Shown: positions 32,764-45,949 of the stretch, piece after piece
Layout of the letters: the number at the start of each line of letters is the position of its first letter
Position numbering within the stretch: the stretch's first letter is position 1
Position numbers and translations under genes: made by a program
Notes under the pieces: generated by a model
The model's database searches: none
What the model was told of the DNA's origin: nothing
The model's input: the letters and a program-made list of their open reading frames with translations, nothing else
Source of the DNA: Cyanophora paradoxa CCMP329
Lineage: Eukaryota > Plantae > Glaucophyta
NCBI GenBank assembly: GCA_004431415.1
Contig: QPMI01000100.1
Coordinates: 290,908-354,907, forward strand
Direction of reading: 5' to 3'
DNA length: 64,000 bases

Positions 32764-34579
32764 CGTCCCTGTGCGAGGTCGCCGCTGCTCACGTCCGTTC
32801 CCGCGGGGGCCAGGGCCCTGCAGCTGTCGACGTCGCCCACGGGGTCGCGCGAGCGAAACAGCCGGAAGGCTGCCTCATGCAGGTCGCGCCGTCGAAAGGC
32901 CATGAAAACTCGGAGAGGGCCCTGTTCCAGATCGACCTCCGCCGGTCGCCGGGGCCAGCACTGCGGGGCTGGCATGGGGCCCGGCCCCCGCCGTGGGGCG
33001 TCCCCGACCGCCCACCGTGGCACAGGTACTGCGCCCTTCCGCGGGGCCGAGAGGCACCGGGGGAGAAACGGCTGAGCGGAAGAGCTCAGGGGGTGGGCCG
33101 TCGGGAGGGGAGCGTTGGGGAACCGTATGCAGGGTAAGAGGGATCAATTGGAAGGGGCGGGGGTCGCACGCGCTAGAACTAGACGTGGGGTGCACGCGGT
33201 GGGGTACACGGGGTGAGGACGTGGCCATGGGGGGGGGGGACTTCGCGGGGTACGCGGTGGGCACTGGGCGGCCAGGGGGTCTTGGGGCTGGGCCAGCGAT
33301 AGCGGGGGGGAACCTGGGGCGGAGCCGACGGGGCCGGGCAGGCGACTTGCTGGGGGGGGCAGCGGCGGCCGGGGAGGCCGCTTCATCTTCTTGGGAGGCG
33401 TTGGCGGGGGACGGGAGAGCCAGGGGCCTCGGGCGGGCGGAACCCCTCAGGCTCGGACCCCGCGGGGGAGGTCGCCATCGGCTCCTGCAGCCCTAGTGGC
33501 CCGGGCCGTGGGACGGGACAGCCATGGCGGGCCCTATCGGTCGCGGCGGAGGACGGGGACTCGGCGTCGAGGGCGGGCGGAGGCCAGTGCGTCGGACTGT
33601 CGCTGGACACGCGTGCTCTGTGCCGAGGGCGCGCCGCTGCGCATGCGGAAACGGGTCAGGCCTGGCTTGCCTAGTGCGGGAGCAAGAGCGAGTGCGCGGT
33701 GGTGGTACGCTGCGTGTAAGGTGCGTCTCTCTCCGGGCTCGGGTGCCGGGCGTACGCGTAAGCTCTGCGGCCAGCGGGATGAGTCGCTGTGGTATGTGCG
33801 GGCGCGACGCGCGCGCGAGGGCTGCAGTCCGGGGATGTTGAGCAGGGCGCGGGCGAGTCCCGCCACGTTCGAAGCGGTGGCGGGAGACCATCGGCCGGCA
33901 ACGGCCGGTCTGGGAGCGTGAAGGAGGGCGCCGAAGGTGAGTCCGGAGAGAGAGGAGGACAGTGCGGCTGGACGCTGCGGTCGGGCCAGAACCGCGCAGC
34001 GCAACGCTCCTTCAACGCGTGGTTTCGCGCTTCGATGAGGAAGTAATTATTAATCTGCTAATAACTGATTATTAACTAGTAATAATATTTTTTCAATGAT
34101 TCTTATAAAGTCATCACTGATGGCCGGGCATGGCCCGCTCTAGGAATCAGTCTATGCCAGGATCGATAGCGCCCCCCAATGGCCCCAATTTCGATAGCCC
34201 CCGAATTCAATCGCCCCCGATGCATATTAATGCGCGATTGGGGCCCATCTTGAGGGATCCAAACCGTGCACGCACTACCCCTGTAAACACTACCCCCCTG
34301 TAGGCAGCCACGCGTACGGGTGCACGTGCATGCACGCCCATACACAGATCTACGGCCTATCCGACGGCGATCGCGATTTCGATCGCTTTAGCTTCGCGAA
34401 GTTGCAATTACGCGAGCTTGGGGAGCCTGGAGCTGGTCGATCGATACTTATTACGTATACGGACAGCTAGCGCTTACAGCGAAGGTGGCGAACGGGGCGA
34501 GCCGCAAGGGCGGCTGAAGTTGAGCGCCTCGCGCAGCTTCGAACGCCTGCGCATTTCCACAAGAAAACGTCGTGATACG

Positions 34580-37500
34580 ATGGATTCCTTCCCAGGTCTG
34601 TCCTGTGTCTCCTTGTTTCAGTGCGCTCTGCGTGACTCTCGTTAACGTTGCCGCAGGCTACGTAACCACGGAGGCGAGCCCTCTGCAGGCTTCGCATCCC
34701 CGCGCGCGAGCCTCCTGACGCTTGCGCGTTTCCAGGTGCTCTGCGAGCGCCGCAACAGAATGCTGATCCGGGCCGTTCGCGCGTCGGATGGTTCGCACCC
34801 GCCATACCGCCGCGGAATTGGCTGACAACGCTGCCCAGGCATGGCCGTAGTCCTCAAAAAGCTCAATGAAGAATTCTAGTGCGTGGTCCCGTGTCAAATC
34901 CTCGCTTTCTGCCCCTGAAGTCTTCCGCAGCGATTACCCGAACCTCCAGGCGCCCGCCGCCGCCGCCAGCCGCAACCCCGCGTTTCTAACAGTCGCGTCC
35001 GTCGCAGAAACTCAAGCGCGAGTTCAGCATCATGGTTCGCCCCAGTGGAGGCGCCGCCACGCGGGGCTCACGGGGGCGGCGCCTTCGCAGACTGTCGTGG
35101 CGGGGCCGTACGTCATGAAGGCCTACGAGCTGGCTGTATCCTCGAGGACGGCCGCGATTGTCATGGAGGCTCGCGCCCCGACCCCCCGCCGGCCTGCGCG
35201 CGTTGCGCGCGGGGGTCGAGCGGGCCGGGGGCGCAGGACATCGGGGGCCGCTCGCTGGACAAGATCGTGAACGGGAAGCCGATGCCGCTGGGGATTTTCC
35301 TGCCCCTCGCCATACAGCTCACGACCGCGCTCGGCGTCGTCCACGGCGCTAACGTCGTCCACAGGGACGGTCCGAACCCGCCCGCCTCCGATCGCGAGAC
35401 TCCGCCCCCGCCGCCCCCGCCCCGCGCCGGCTGAGCGCGCACGGGCCGGGGGGAGCAGTGAAAGCGGGGAACGTGATTGTGAACCTGGAGAACGCGGAGG
35501 AGAGGCGCCTGCAGCTTGCCGACTTTGGCCTCGCCGGCTACATCCAGGACTCGTACACGCAGAGCGACATGGAGGGCAGGCGCGCCCCCCCCCGCCCCGC
35601 CCCGACCAGTCCCGCCCGGCGCCCCCGCCGACGCCCTCCCCAGCCTGGCGTACATGGCGCCCGAGCAGACGAAGCGAATCCACTGCGTCGCGAACCAGCG
35701 CTCCGACCTCTACAGCCTGGGCGGTGCTTCCGGGACTGCGTGCAGATCGCGGTGCAGCCTGCACGCGCGCCCCTCACGCCCCCCTCTCTCCCCGCAGTCA
35801 CCTTCTACCAGTGCCTGGTGGGGCACCTCCCGTTCACGTGCGCCCCCCGCCACCCCCCTTCCCCCACCCCAACCCTCTACCCACCCCTCCCACACCTTTC
35901 CACTTCTGTTCACGTGCGCCGCCCGCGCCAACGGGTTGCGCCGGCAGCGGAGACTCCCTGTCGATCATACACGGGCACCTGGCCCGCAAGGCGACCCCCG
36001 TCTGCGTGATCCGGTGCGCGGGCCGGGACGGCGCGGCCAGGCCGGGGCCACCCTGGGCCGACGCGACCGCGCGCAGGCCCGAGATCCCCGAAGTCATCAG
36101 CGCCATCGTGGAGAAGGCGAGTGTAGTAGAGAAAAGCAAGGGGGAGGCTGCGCTGGGCTGACGTCGACGGGCGCGCAGCTGATGGAGAAGTCTCCGGAGG
36201 ACCGCTACCAGTCGGCGTACGGCGTCCGGAAGGACCTCTCGAACTGCTACGCGCAGCTCCGCTCGGGGCCCGGCATCATCAGCACCTTCAAGGCACGCCC
36301 TCTCGTCCCGCGATCGCGACGGGATGCTCGCGCTCGCTCACTCTCGGGGCAGCTGGCGTCGCGGGACTTTCCCTGCACGCTGCAGCTCTCGACGCGGCTG
36401 TACGGGCGCGAGCGCCTCGTCGACCAGCTCGCCGCCGCCTTCGTCGCCGTCTTCGGGTCCCTCGACGAGATCAACCGCAAGATCGAGCGGCGCAGCGCCC
36501 CGGGCCACAACCCGGGCCACCGCCAAAACGGCCCCTCGAGCTCGCCGGACGCCTCGCAGGACTCCTCCTCGGCGGGGCCCTCGCGGTCGAGCTCGGTGCT
36601 CCGCGGCGCCGGTGCGCTGGAGCCCTCGCAGCCGGCGCGGCGCGGCGTGCTCGTCATCCGCGGCGTCTCCGGCATCGGCAAGACCGGCCTCGTTCTCCGT
36701 TTCGTCCAGGTGGGCGGGGAGGGCCGGGACGCCGACGACGGGAGGGGCGGGCGCCGAGCGGGGCGCGCGCGCGCGCGCAGGACGTCGCGACGGAGCTGCC
36801 GGTTGTCTTCCTGCGGGGCAAGTACGACCACAACACGTGCGCGTCGCGCCCCTACAGCGCCATCATCGCCGCCATCATCGGCCTCGTCCAGCAGGTCCTA
36901 CCCGCTCTTCCCTCGCCCCCTTCCCCTCTTCCCCCTCTCACACCCGCGCAGCTGCTCGCGGATAACGAGCGGCTGCTCGCCGTGCAGCCGCGCATCGTCG
37001 CGGCGCTCGGCGAGAACGCCTCGGTCCTCGTCGACCTCGTCCCGGAGGCCAGGCACCTGCTGGGCACGGCGGCCGCGGGCGTCGAGCTCGCGCCCGTCCC
37101 GCCGCTCCCGCCGGCCGAGACCGCACTCCGCCTCACCACCACCGTCTGCCAGCTCCTCGAGTCCCTGTACCCCCTCGTCGTCTTCCTCGAGTGCGCCCCA
37201 TTCCACCCTTAAGCTTCTCGCCCTCGACGTCTCTTGAGGGATCCGGACCCCCCGCAGCGACATGCAGTGGGCCGACACCGCATCCCTTAAGCTCGTGCGC
37301 TGCCTTCGCAGCCCTTTCCTCCCGCCCCCGCCCCCGCCCGAGCCGCGCCGAGCCGCGCCGCGCGCCGCCCAGATCCGCCGCCTCGCCACCTGGCCCTCCA
37401 TGGAATGCCTCCTCATCTGCGCCTGGTGCGCCCGTCCCTGCCTAGCAGCGCCCGTTGCCGCGGGCCTTGTCGAACCGGCGGGAGCGGGCAGCCGGAGCAA

Positions 37501-40500
37501 CGAGGTGCGGCCGTCGCACCCGATGGCCCTTGCCATCGACGAGATCCACTCCAGCGGCGTCCCCATCTACGTGCGCCCTTCTTTTCCTCCGCTCGCCCTC
37601 CCCGAGATTGGCGCAAGGCTTGCACGGCTCCACGATTCGGAGATCTAGAGCTGAACGGGCCCCTGTTCGGTCTAGGCCTCCGAATCTCGCACGTCTCGTT
37701 GGATTCCCGGCGCTGACGGGGCTCTGCTGCGGGGCGGGGGCGGGGGCAGGACATTGACGTGGGCCCGCTGAGCGTGGAGGACGTGAACGGCTTCCTGGCG
37801 GCGACGCTGCGCTGCGAGGCCGCCGCCTCGGACGAGCTCGCCCGCCTCATCCACTCCAAGACCGACGGCAACCCCTGTGCGCCACCACGGCCCCCCGCCC
37901 ACCCCCACGCCGCCCTCCTCTGCCCTCTCCGCATACATCTCACCCTGCCCCGCGCAGTCTTTATCCGCAGCTTCCTGGACACGCTCTATAGCCAAGAGAA
38001 GATCAAGATCGACCACCAGACGGGGGCTTGGCACTGGAACGTCTCCGACATCGAGCAAATGAAGTGAGCCGAGGCGCCCCCTGCGGGCCGTTCCTTTCTT
38101 TCCTGTATCCCGGCCCGGAGGACCGACCGGCTGACGCGCTCCGGCACGGGGCTCGGGGCGCAGCTACACGGACAACGTGGTGGACATGCTCGTCTCGTAC
38201 ATCTCGCAGCTCTCTCCGGGGGCGCAGGAGACACTCAAGCTCGCCTCGATGTTCGGCAACGCCTTCAAAGTCCCCCTGCTCGCCGTCACCGCCGCCCGGC
38301 CCCAGGAGGCCATCATGGTGCGCCCCTCAGGATAGATGGGTTTCCGAATTTCCGCCGTTTTCCCGTGTTATTCCACTTCTTCCCTCTCCGCCTCTACTTC
38401 GCCCCTCACCCGCGGGCCTGGGCGGCGCAGTCGGCGGTCTCGGAGGCGATCCGCAAGCGGCTGATCGTCTCCGTGGGCGCGGAGACGTACCGCTTCGTGC
38501 ACGACCGCGTGCAGCAGGCCGCCGCCCGTGCGCCTTCACAAGACCCGCTTGTTTCCTGTCCTTTCTTTTCCCTAACAGAACCTGCTTCTCCTGCTCCCCC
38601 TCCTCCTAATTCCAGTTCTGGTGGCGCCCGTGGATCTGCCGGCGCTGCACCTCCGCATCGGACGGCGGCTCCTGGCGGCGCGCTCTCTCGTCGTAGAGGC
38701 CCCTTCCAAAATGCGGGAAGCCCGCGGAGACGAGGAAGAGGACAACATTTTCGAGGCGCGCGCGCGCGCGCGCGTGCCGCGCCGGCGCCGCTGAGGCGCG
38801 CCGGCGCCCGCCCACCGTGCCCCCACCAGGTGGTGGCGCACTACAACCGGGGCGCTGCGCTCATCGACGATTCCGAGGAGCGCTGCCGCCTGGCGGAGCT
38901 CAACCTGCAGGCCGGCGCAAAGGCCTTCACCTCCACTGCCCACGAGGCCGCCCGCTCCTACTTCGAGGTACACGTACCCGCCCCCTCTTCCCCTCGGGCC
39001 CCGCGCGCCCCGCCCCCTCCTCACCGCGCCGCCCCCGCACCAGGCCGGCGTCCGGGCGCTCTACGGCCTCCCCGGGGGCCCTCCTCCCGCGGACCGGGAG
39101 CCGCAGGAGGGGGCACCCGCGCCCCCCGAGCAGCGCCCGATTCGGCACGCCGAGCTGCGCGAGCGGCAGGGGGACCTGGACCTCGTAGATGCGTCGCGGG
39201 GCCTGGGCACGCGGCTCCTGCTGCGCCTCGCGGAGTCGGAGTACCTGTGCCAGAACTTTAGGGCGGCAGACGAGCACCTGAGCTACATCGAGGGGCGCGC
39301 GGCGTCGCTGCGGGAGAAGCTGGACGTGTTCCGGCTGCGCGTCAACATGCTCTCCACCGCCAACCGCTTCGCGGAGGTCGTAAAGCGTGCAGAGGCGGTC
39401 GTGCGCGAGTTCGGGATCGAGATCGAGCGGGGCGAGGACGGGACCGTGCCCCAGGCCCGCATCGACGAGGCGTACGGGGCCATGTGGCGCGCCTGGGAGG
39501 CGCGGGGAGTGGATGCCAACCTCGACGAATTCGTCGCCGGCCACCCCGTGCGCCCATGCCAGCCCCGCCCCGCCCCGCCCCGCGACTGTCGCCCGCCGCG
39601 CCCCTTCCCCTGCGCCCCTCATCTTCCCCCAGGACCAGGACGACGAGTTCACGTTGCTCCTCTTCGCCCTGGTCGAGGTCATGGGTGCGATTCCCGCCCT
39701 CTCCAGTGGATCCGCGTTGCGCTGAGCCTGGCTTGACGTCCCCCCGCCGTCGCCGCAGCGGTTATGTACCTTTCGAGTGCGCGGCCCGCCCGCTCCGCCC
39801 CGCCCCGTCGCTGACGCCCCGTGCAGCGATGTTCGGGCCGTACCAGGTGCTGGCGGCGAGCCTCGTGCGGCTCTGCATAGAGCGCGGGGGCAACGCGGCG
39901 GCCGTCTCCTGGTACGCCTACATGGTCTTCATCCTCGCCGGCATCCGCAAGGACTACGAGGGGGCCGTCCGCATGCGCCGCCTCTGCCTCGCCGTCATCG
40001 ACCGCGAGGGCGCGTGCACCTCCGACTTCCTCCGGTAACCCCCCCCCCCCCCCCCCCCCCAACCCCCCCATCCCTATCCCCATCCTCGCGGGGCGCAGGG
40101 GCCGCGTGCTCGTGTGCGCGCTCTGCTCCTTCCCAGTGGGCTCGAACTGGCTGGCGGGCATCGCGCCCATGGCGGAGGCTGCGCGGCTCTCGCAGCGGGC
40201 GGGGGACCTCAACAACGCCCTCTACGCCATCAACCAGCAGCTCTGGATCTCCTTCTTCGCCGGCGTGCCCCTCGGCGACATGCACGAGACCAGTGCGCCG
40301 CCCCCGGCCCCGCGCCCCCGGCCCGCTGGCTCCCTAGGCCTCCCCCTGTTGGCTCCGCCCCCCTCACGCCGCGCCCCGCGCGCGCAGTGGTCGAGTTGAA
40401 GCCCTTTGTCAGCAAGTGCGTGAACCTGGAGCTTGAGGTCTCCTTCGACGCCGCCGCGGCGCACGTCCGCCTCCTCGAGGCGAGCCGCCCCGCCGCCTCC

Positions 40501-43500
40501 GCACCGCCGCCGGTGCTGGCTTAGGTGGGCGGGCGGGGGCCCCCTGGCGGCGCAGAGCGGGCAGAGCGACGCGGACGCGATGGTCGCGGGGGCGGACATG
40601 GGGCCGGAGATGGCGGCGCGGGGCCCCTACTGCCGCTCGGCGTACCTCTCCTTCCGCTTCGTGGCCCTTGTTGTGCTGGACCGCCTGCGGGAGGCGGCGG
40701 CGCTGCTGCCGAGCTTCCGGGCCGCGGTCGGCGACACCCCCGGCGTCATCTTCAGCTTCGAGGAGCCTTTCCTCCAGGGTCCGCGCGCACGCCCCGCCTA
40801 GGCCTCCGCCCCCCTGGCGACGCGCACGCGCGCAGGCCTCGCGGAGACGACGTGCCGGCTGGGCGTGTGGCCGGGCCCCGAGGCGCCGGCGCCGCTGGGG
40901 AGGGCGAGCGGGCGGAGGCGGCGGCGCGCGCGGCGGCGCTCGTCGCGCGGCTCGAGGAGTACGCGGATCACTGCGCCGACTTCCGCTGCCGCGCCCTCTT
41001 CCTCGACGCAGAGCGCGAGCGGGCGCTGGCGGGCCCGACGCCCCCCGCGCCGCCCTCGGGCCGCTGCTCGGGCGCTACGAGGCGGCGGCGCGGGCGGCGC
41101 GCGACTCGCAGGCGCTGCAGGTCTCGGCCCTGGCGCACGAGCTCGCCGCCTCCCTCTGCCTGGCGGCCGGCGTTCGGGGCGCCGGGCTGCACTACCTGAA
41201 GGAGGCGGTGAAGGACTACAGCGCGTGGGGCGCGCGCACCAAGGTCGCGCTGCTGCTGAGCCAGCACGCGGAGCTCCGGGACGCCCTCGTGTACTCCAAG
41301 GCCCCCAGGAACGCTTCCACGGGCTCCGGCTCCCGCTCCAGGGGGGGGGCAAGTCCTCCGACTCGTCCGAGCGCCCGGCCGCGGCGCGCTCTCCGGCCGC
41401 CGCCGCGGCGACGGGCGGCGCTTGCTCGGGCTCGGGCACGAAGACGGGGTCGGGCTCGGGGGCGCCGGCGAGCGCGCCGCGGGCGACGGCGTCGACGGTG
41501 GACATCCTCACCGTCGTCCGCTCGGCGCTCGCGCTCGCAACGGAGTCGGACCTTGACGCCCTTCTCTCCAAGCTCATGGTCCGGCCCCGCCCGCCCGCCC
41601 GCCCCGCCCGCCCGCCTCCTCCTCAGCGCCGCCGCCGCCCCCAGCTCATCGTCATGGAGAACGCCGGCGCGGTGCGCGTGCGGCGCGGCGCGGCGCGGCG
41701 CGCGCGCACACACACACACACGCTCGCGAAGCTGAGGCGGGGCGGGGGCGCAGACGGTGGCGCGGCTGGTGCTGGCGCGCAGCAAGCACTGCCGGCACGA
41801 GCAGGCCCCGGCGTCCGCGGGCCTCTCCTCCCTCTTCTGCGTCCGCGTCGAGGGCGAGGTCGGCCCCCCCCTCCCCCCCCCCTCCCCCCCCCCCCCCCCG
41901 CCCTCGTCTCCTCCCCGGCCGGGGCGCGCTGAGACCGCACGCCCCCCCGCGTGCTCGCTCTCGCAGGTTGATATGATGCACCTGCACTCCGAGGGCGGGC
42001 GGGAGGCGGAGGGCGGGGAGGGCGGGCGGCGGGCGGCGGTGGACATCCGCTGCGTGGACAAGCCGCTTGCGCAGTACCGCAACGTCTCCCACGCCATCGT
42101 GCAGGTCCGCGCCTGCGCCCGCGCCCGCCCCCGGCCCCGCCCGGCCCGCCGCCCGGCCGGCCGCCCCGCGGCCTCTCCTCCTCCGATCCAATCCGATCCG
42201 ATCCGATCCGATCCGAGTCGGGGCCCGCCCCCTCCCGCAGTACGTGATCCGGACCGAGGAATACGTACTCCTCGACAACGCCTGCGCCGAGGTGCGCACC
42301 CGTACCCGCCCGCCCGGGGCACCGCCCCGCCCCGCCCCGGCCAGCCGTGGCGCCTCTCGCGAGGCCCCCCCCTCCAACGCCGCGCAGGGCAACTTCGTGT
42401 CGTGCGGGCACGTGCAGCGCAACGCCCTCCGCTCCGTCCTCTGCGTACCCGTCGTGCGCCCCGCCGCCCCGCCCCGCCCCGCCCCCGCGCCCGCGCCCCG
42501 CCCGCTCTCCGGTGAGCTCCAGCGCAGATGCACCAGCAGAAGGTCATGGGGGCGCTGTACCTGGAGAACCGCTTCATGGCGGGCGCCTTCAGCCTCGAGC
42601 GCGTCGAGCTCCTCCAGCTCCTCGCCGCCCAGGTGGGCCTCGCCCTGTCTCTGCGGCCCCGGGGGCCTGATCATGTGGCGGGGCGCAGCTGGCGGTCTCG
42701 ATGCTGAACGCGACGCTGCACGAGGACCTGCGCCTCTACAACCGCGAGCTCGAGGTCAAGAACCGCTCCCTCGCCATGCTCGGTCCGCCCCGCGCGCCCC
42801 CGCCGCCCCCCTCCCTCCCCGCCGGGCGGCCGCGGGCCCTATCGTGACGGCGGCGGGGCGGCACGGCAGACCGCGCCAAGGACACGCTGCTAGCGAACAC
42901 GAGCCACGAGCTGCGCACACCCTGCGGCAACATAATCGGCCTCTCGGAGCTGCTGCTCGACTCGGGCCCGCTCACGGAGCAGCAGGCGCAGACGGCGCGG
43001 ATCATCCACCAGTCCGCTGAGCACCTGCTGCGCATCATCAACAACATCCTGGACCTCTCGGGCCTCGAGTCCGGGGCGGTCAAGCTGGAGCGCGTCGAGT
43101 TCGACGTCGCCGGCGTCGTCAACGACTGCGTGGCCGCCTCCTCCGTCTCCGCGTACAAGAACGGCCTCGAGATCGGCTCCCACATCGACCCCCGCTGCCC
43201 GCTCCGCGCCATGGGCGACCCCGTGCGCTCTCGCTCGCCCCCTCCACCCCCCCTGCCCCGTCCGACCGGCCCCGCCCCCGCCCGCTCGGCCAGACGAGGC
43301 TCAAGCAAGTCATCATGAACGTGCGCCCGCCCGCCTCGCCGCGGGCCCCCGCCTGGCCTCGCCAGACCCGACGCCGGCCGCGCAGCTGGTGTCCAACGCG
43401 ATCAAGTTCAGCTCGCATGCCCGCCCCGACGGGCACGTCCTCATCTCCGTCGAGCTCGTCGCCGACGTCCGGTGCCGCCCCGCCCCGGCCCCCGGCCCCC

Positions 43501-45549
43501 GAGCCGCGCCCCTCCCGGAGCTCCGTCCGAATGGGCGGGCGGGCGGGCCGCGGGGCGGCAGGACGGAGTTCGTGCTGCGGTTCCAGGTGGAGGACACCGG
43601 GGTAGGGATCAAGCAGGAGGACCTCCCCAAGCTCTTCCAGCGCTTCTCGCAGGCCCGCCCGCCCCCGCCGGCCCCCGCGCAGGCGCCTCCGGAGCGTCGC
43701 CCTCTGACGTCAGAGGCCGGCGGGGCGGGGTACCGGCGCGCAGGTGGACAGCTCCTTCTCGCGGCGCTGGGAGGGCTCCGGCCTCGGCCTCGCCATCTCG
43801 AAGACGATCGTCTCGCACTGCGCCGGCCAGGAGCCCGAGAGCGCCGCCGCGCACGGCGCAGGCACCATCTCTGTCCAATCCGACTTCGGCAAGGGGTCCG
43901 CTCCCCCCTCCCCCTCCCCCTCCCCCCTCACCTCCGACTCCCCGGCCTCGCGTGACGCGGCGCCAGGTCCACGTTCTACTTCACCGTCGCGATGGCCTAC
44001 GCGCCGGACTCGCGGCCGCGCGCCCCGCCGGCCCTCCCCGACTCCGGGGGCCCCGGCGGGCGCCCCGTCGCCGCCGTGCTCGCCCGGCCCTTCGTCGCCG
44101 GCCTGCTGGGCCGCTACCTCGCCGAGGCCGGCGTGGAGGCGGCCCCCTGCGGGCGCCCCGAGGAGCTCGCCCCGCTGCTGCGCCGCATCGCCGCCGAGGG
44201 CGCCCCCGTCTCCTTCGCCGTCGTCGACGGGAGCGTCGACGGGGCGCTCGCGCTGCTCGAGGCGGGCCCACTGGCGGGGCCCGGCGCCCCGCCGGCCCTG
44301 GCGGAGCTCCCCGCGCTCGCCGTCCTCCGCACCGAGTCCAAGTTCGACAAGGACCGCTGCCCGAGCCGCGTGGCCTGCCTCTACAAGCCCGTGCCCCAGG
44401 AGCGCTTCGCCCGCGCGGTCGCCCGCGAGCTCGCCCGCCGCGCCGCGCCCCAGCACGAGCGGCCGGCCGACGAGGGCGCTGGGGCGGGGGCCGGGGTCGG
44501 GGCCGGGGCGGAGACGCGAGGCTCGCGGAAGTGCAAGTGGCCAGCGGGGAGCTCGTCCTCGTCGGAAGACGGGCTCCCCGCGGAGGGTTCCAAGGCGCGC
44601 GGCGGGCTCGGGCTCGGGTCCGGGCGGCCCCTCTCGAGCGGGCGGGCCCCGGCGGCGGGGGCGGCCCCGCCGAGAAGCGCCGGCGCACCACAGACATCCT
44701 CGTGGTGCGCGGGGGCGCCGGCGCGCCCCGCCGCCGCCGCCGCCGCGCGCCCTGACGCCCCGGGGCGGCGCAGGTGGAGGACAACCCGGTCAACCAGATG
44801 GTCGGTGCGCATGCACGCTCGCCCGGCCGGACCTGGGCCTAGGCCCAGGCGTAGGCCTCTGCCCGCGCCCGCGCCCGCGCCGCTCGCGGGCGTCGGCGAC
44901 GCGGGGCGGGGCGCAGTGCGAAAGCTGCTGGAGCGGGCGGGCCACCGGGTGGAGGTCGCCGAGGACGGCTTCGCCGCCCTCGAGCACGTCCGCCGCCGCG
45001 CCTTCGGCCTCGTCTTCATGGGTCCGCCCCGCCCCGTCCCGGCCCCTCCCGCCCTCCTCTGCTGCTCCCGCCTCGCTTCGCGCGGCGCTCACACGCGCGC
45101 GCGCGCGCGCCGGCAGACTGCAGCATGCCGCGGTGCGACGGGTACGAGGCGACGCGCCTCATCCGGGCCCTGGACGCGGAGCAGGGCACGCGCACCGTCA
45201 TCGTCGGCCTCACCGCCCACGGTGCCCGCGCCCGCCCGGCGCCGCCGCCCCGCCCCGGCCCGGCCCGGCCCCTGACGGGCCTGACCGGCGGCGCTCAGCG
45301 ATGGCCGGCGAGCGGGAGAAGTGCCTGAGAGCCGGTATGGGTGCGCGCTTGCGCGTGCCGCGCCGCCTCGCCCCGCCCCGCCTCGCGGGGCCAGCCGGCT
45401 GACCCTGCGGGGCAGACGAGTACCTGAGCAAGCCGGTGAAGAAGGAGGACCTGCTGAGGATGGTGGAGCGCCGCGCCGCGCAGCTTGACGAGCCCGGCGC
45501 AGGCCCCGCGGGGGCCCGGCCCGCCGCCGCGCCCGCCGAACCGGAATGA
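34580..45549 (+). CDS. Hybrid multi-kinase, copy 1: Ser/Thr kinase - AAA ATPase - helical repeats - GAF - HisKA - HATPase - REC-like - REC; ~45 introns
   Basis: VVLKK, VHRDVKAGN, LADFGLA, GSLAYMAPEQ, SDLYSLGVTFY, LMEKSPEDRYQSAYG, LYGRE, P-loop GVSGIGKT, FLDDMQWAD, KTDGNPFF, FVHDRVQQAA, GALYLEN, H-box NTSHELRTP, NLVSNAIKF, EDTGVGI, GSGLGLAI, VEDNPVNQ, FMDCSMPRCDG, GLTAHA, YLSKP. Confidence 0.92.
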
Positions 45550-45949
45550 CGCCCCCTAGGCCTCGCCCCGCTTCTTCCTCGATGTCGAGGGAGAGTGCAG
45601 TGGCGGGTCCAATTTTCCACTTTTTTCTACAAACTACTCTATGAATACATGCTCTTCTACAAAATACGTATATATACACGATGAATATACGTATATACAT
45701 GCAGGAATGACGCCCCCACGCGTATATACGTACGCCCCGCCTCTTCCGAATTCGAACTTGGAAGTTCTTCGAATTCGATGTCAATTTTGCAAGCCTGGAG
45801 GGCCGGCCGCGGCCGCGGGGGACTCATATAGATGAAGACCCTGCAGCTGTTTTTGATCATGACCCTGGGGATCCTGACGGCGACGGACTGGCCCGAAATC
45901 CCATGAGACAAGCAGGGGGGCTCCGCCCCCCCGCACCCCCCCAGTGTTA

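Noticed and set aside
31400-34050. Possible gene or retroelement ORFs
   Set aside because: No conserved motifs or consistent exon chain found
35837-35947. Second nested intron suggested by a duplicated TTCACGTGCGCC donor
   Set aside because: No internal AG acceptor; a single GT-AG intron restores the frame
40890-41350. Programmed frameshifts or pseudogenisation of the kinases (also ~54411 and others in copy 2)
   Set aside because: The checked indels are single bases in G/C runs and differ between copies, so long-read errors are most likely; needs read polishing
45913-45943. G/C hairpin as a Helitron 3' end or terminator
   Set aside because: No CTRR terminus, matching 5' end or Rep/helicase sequence seen
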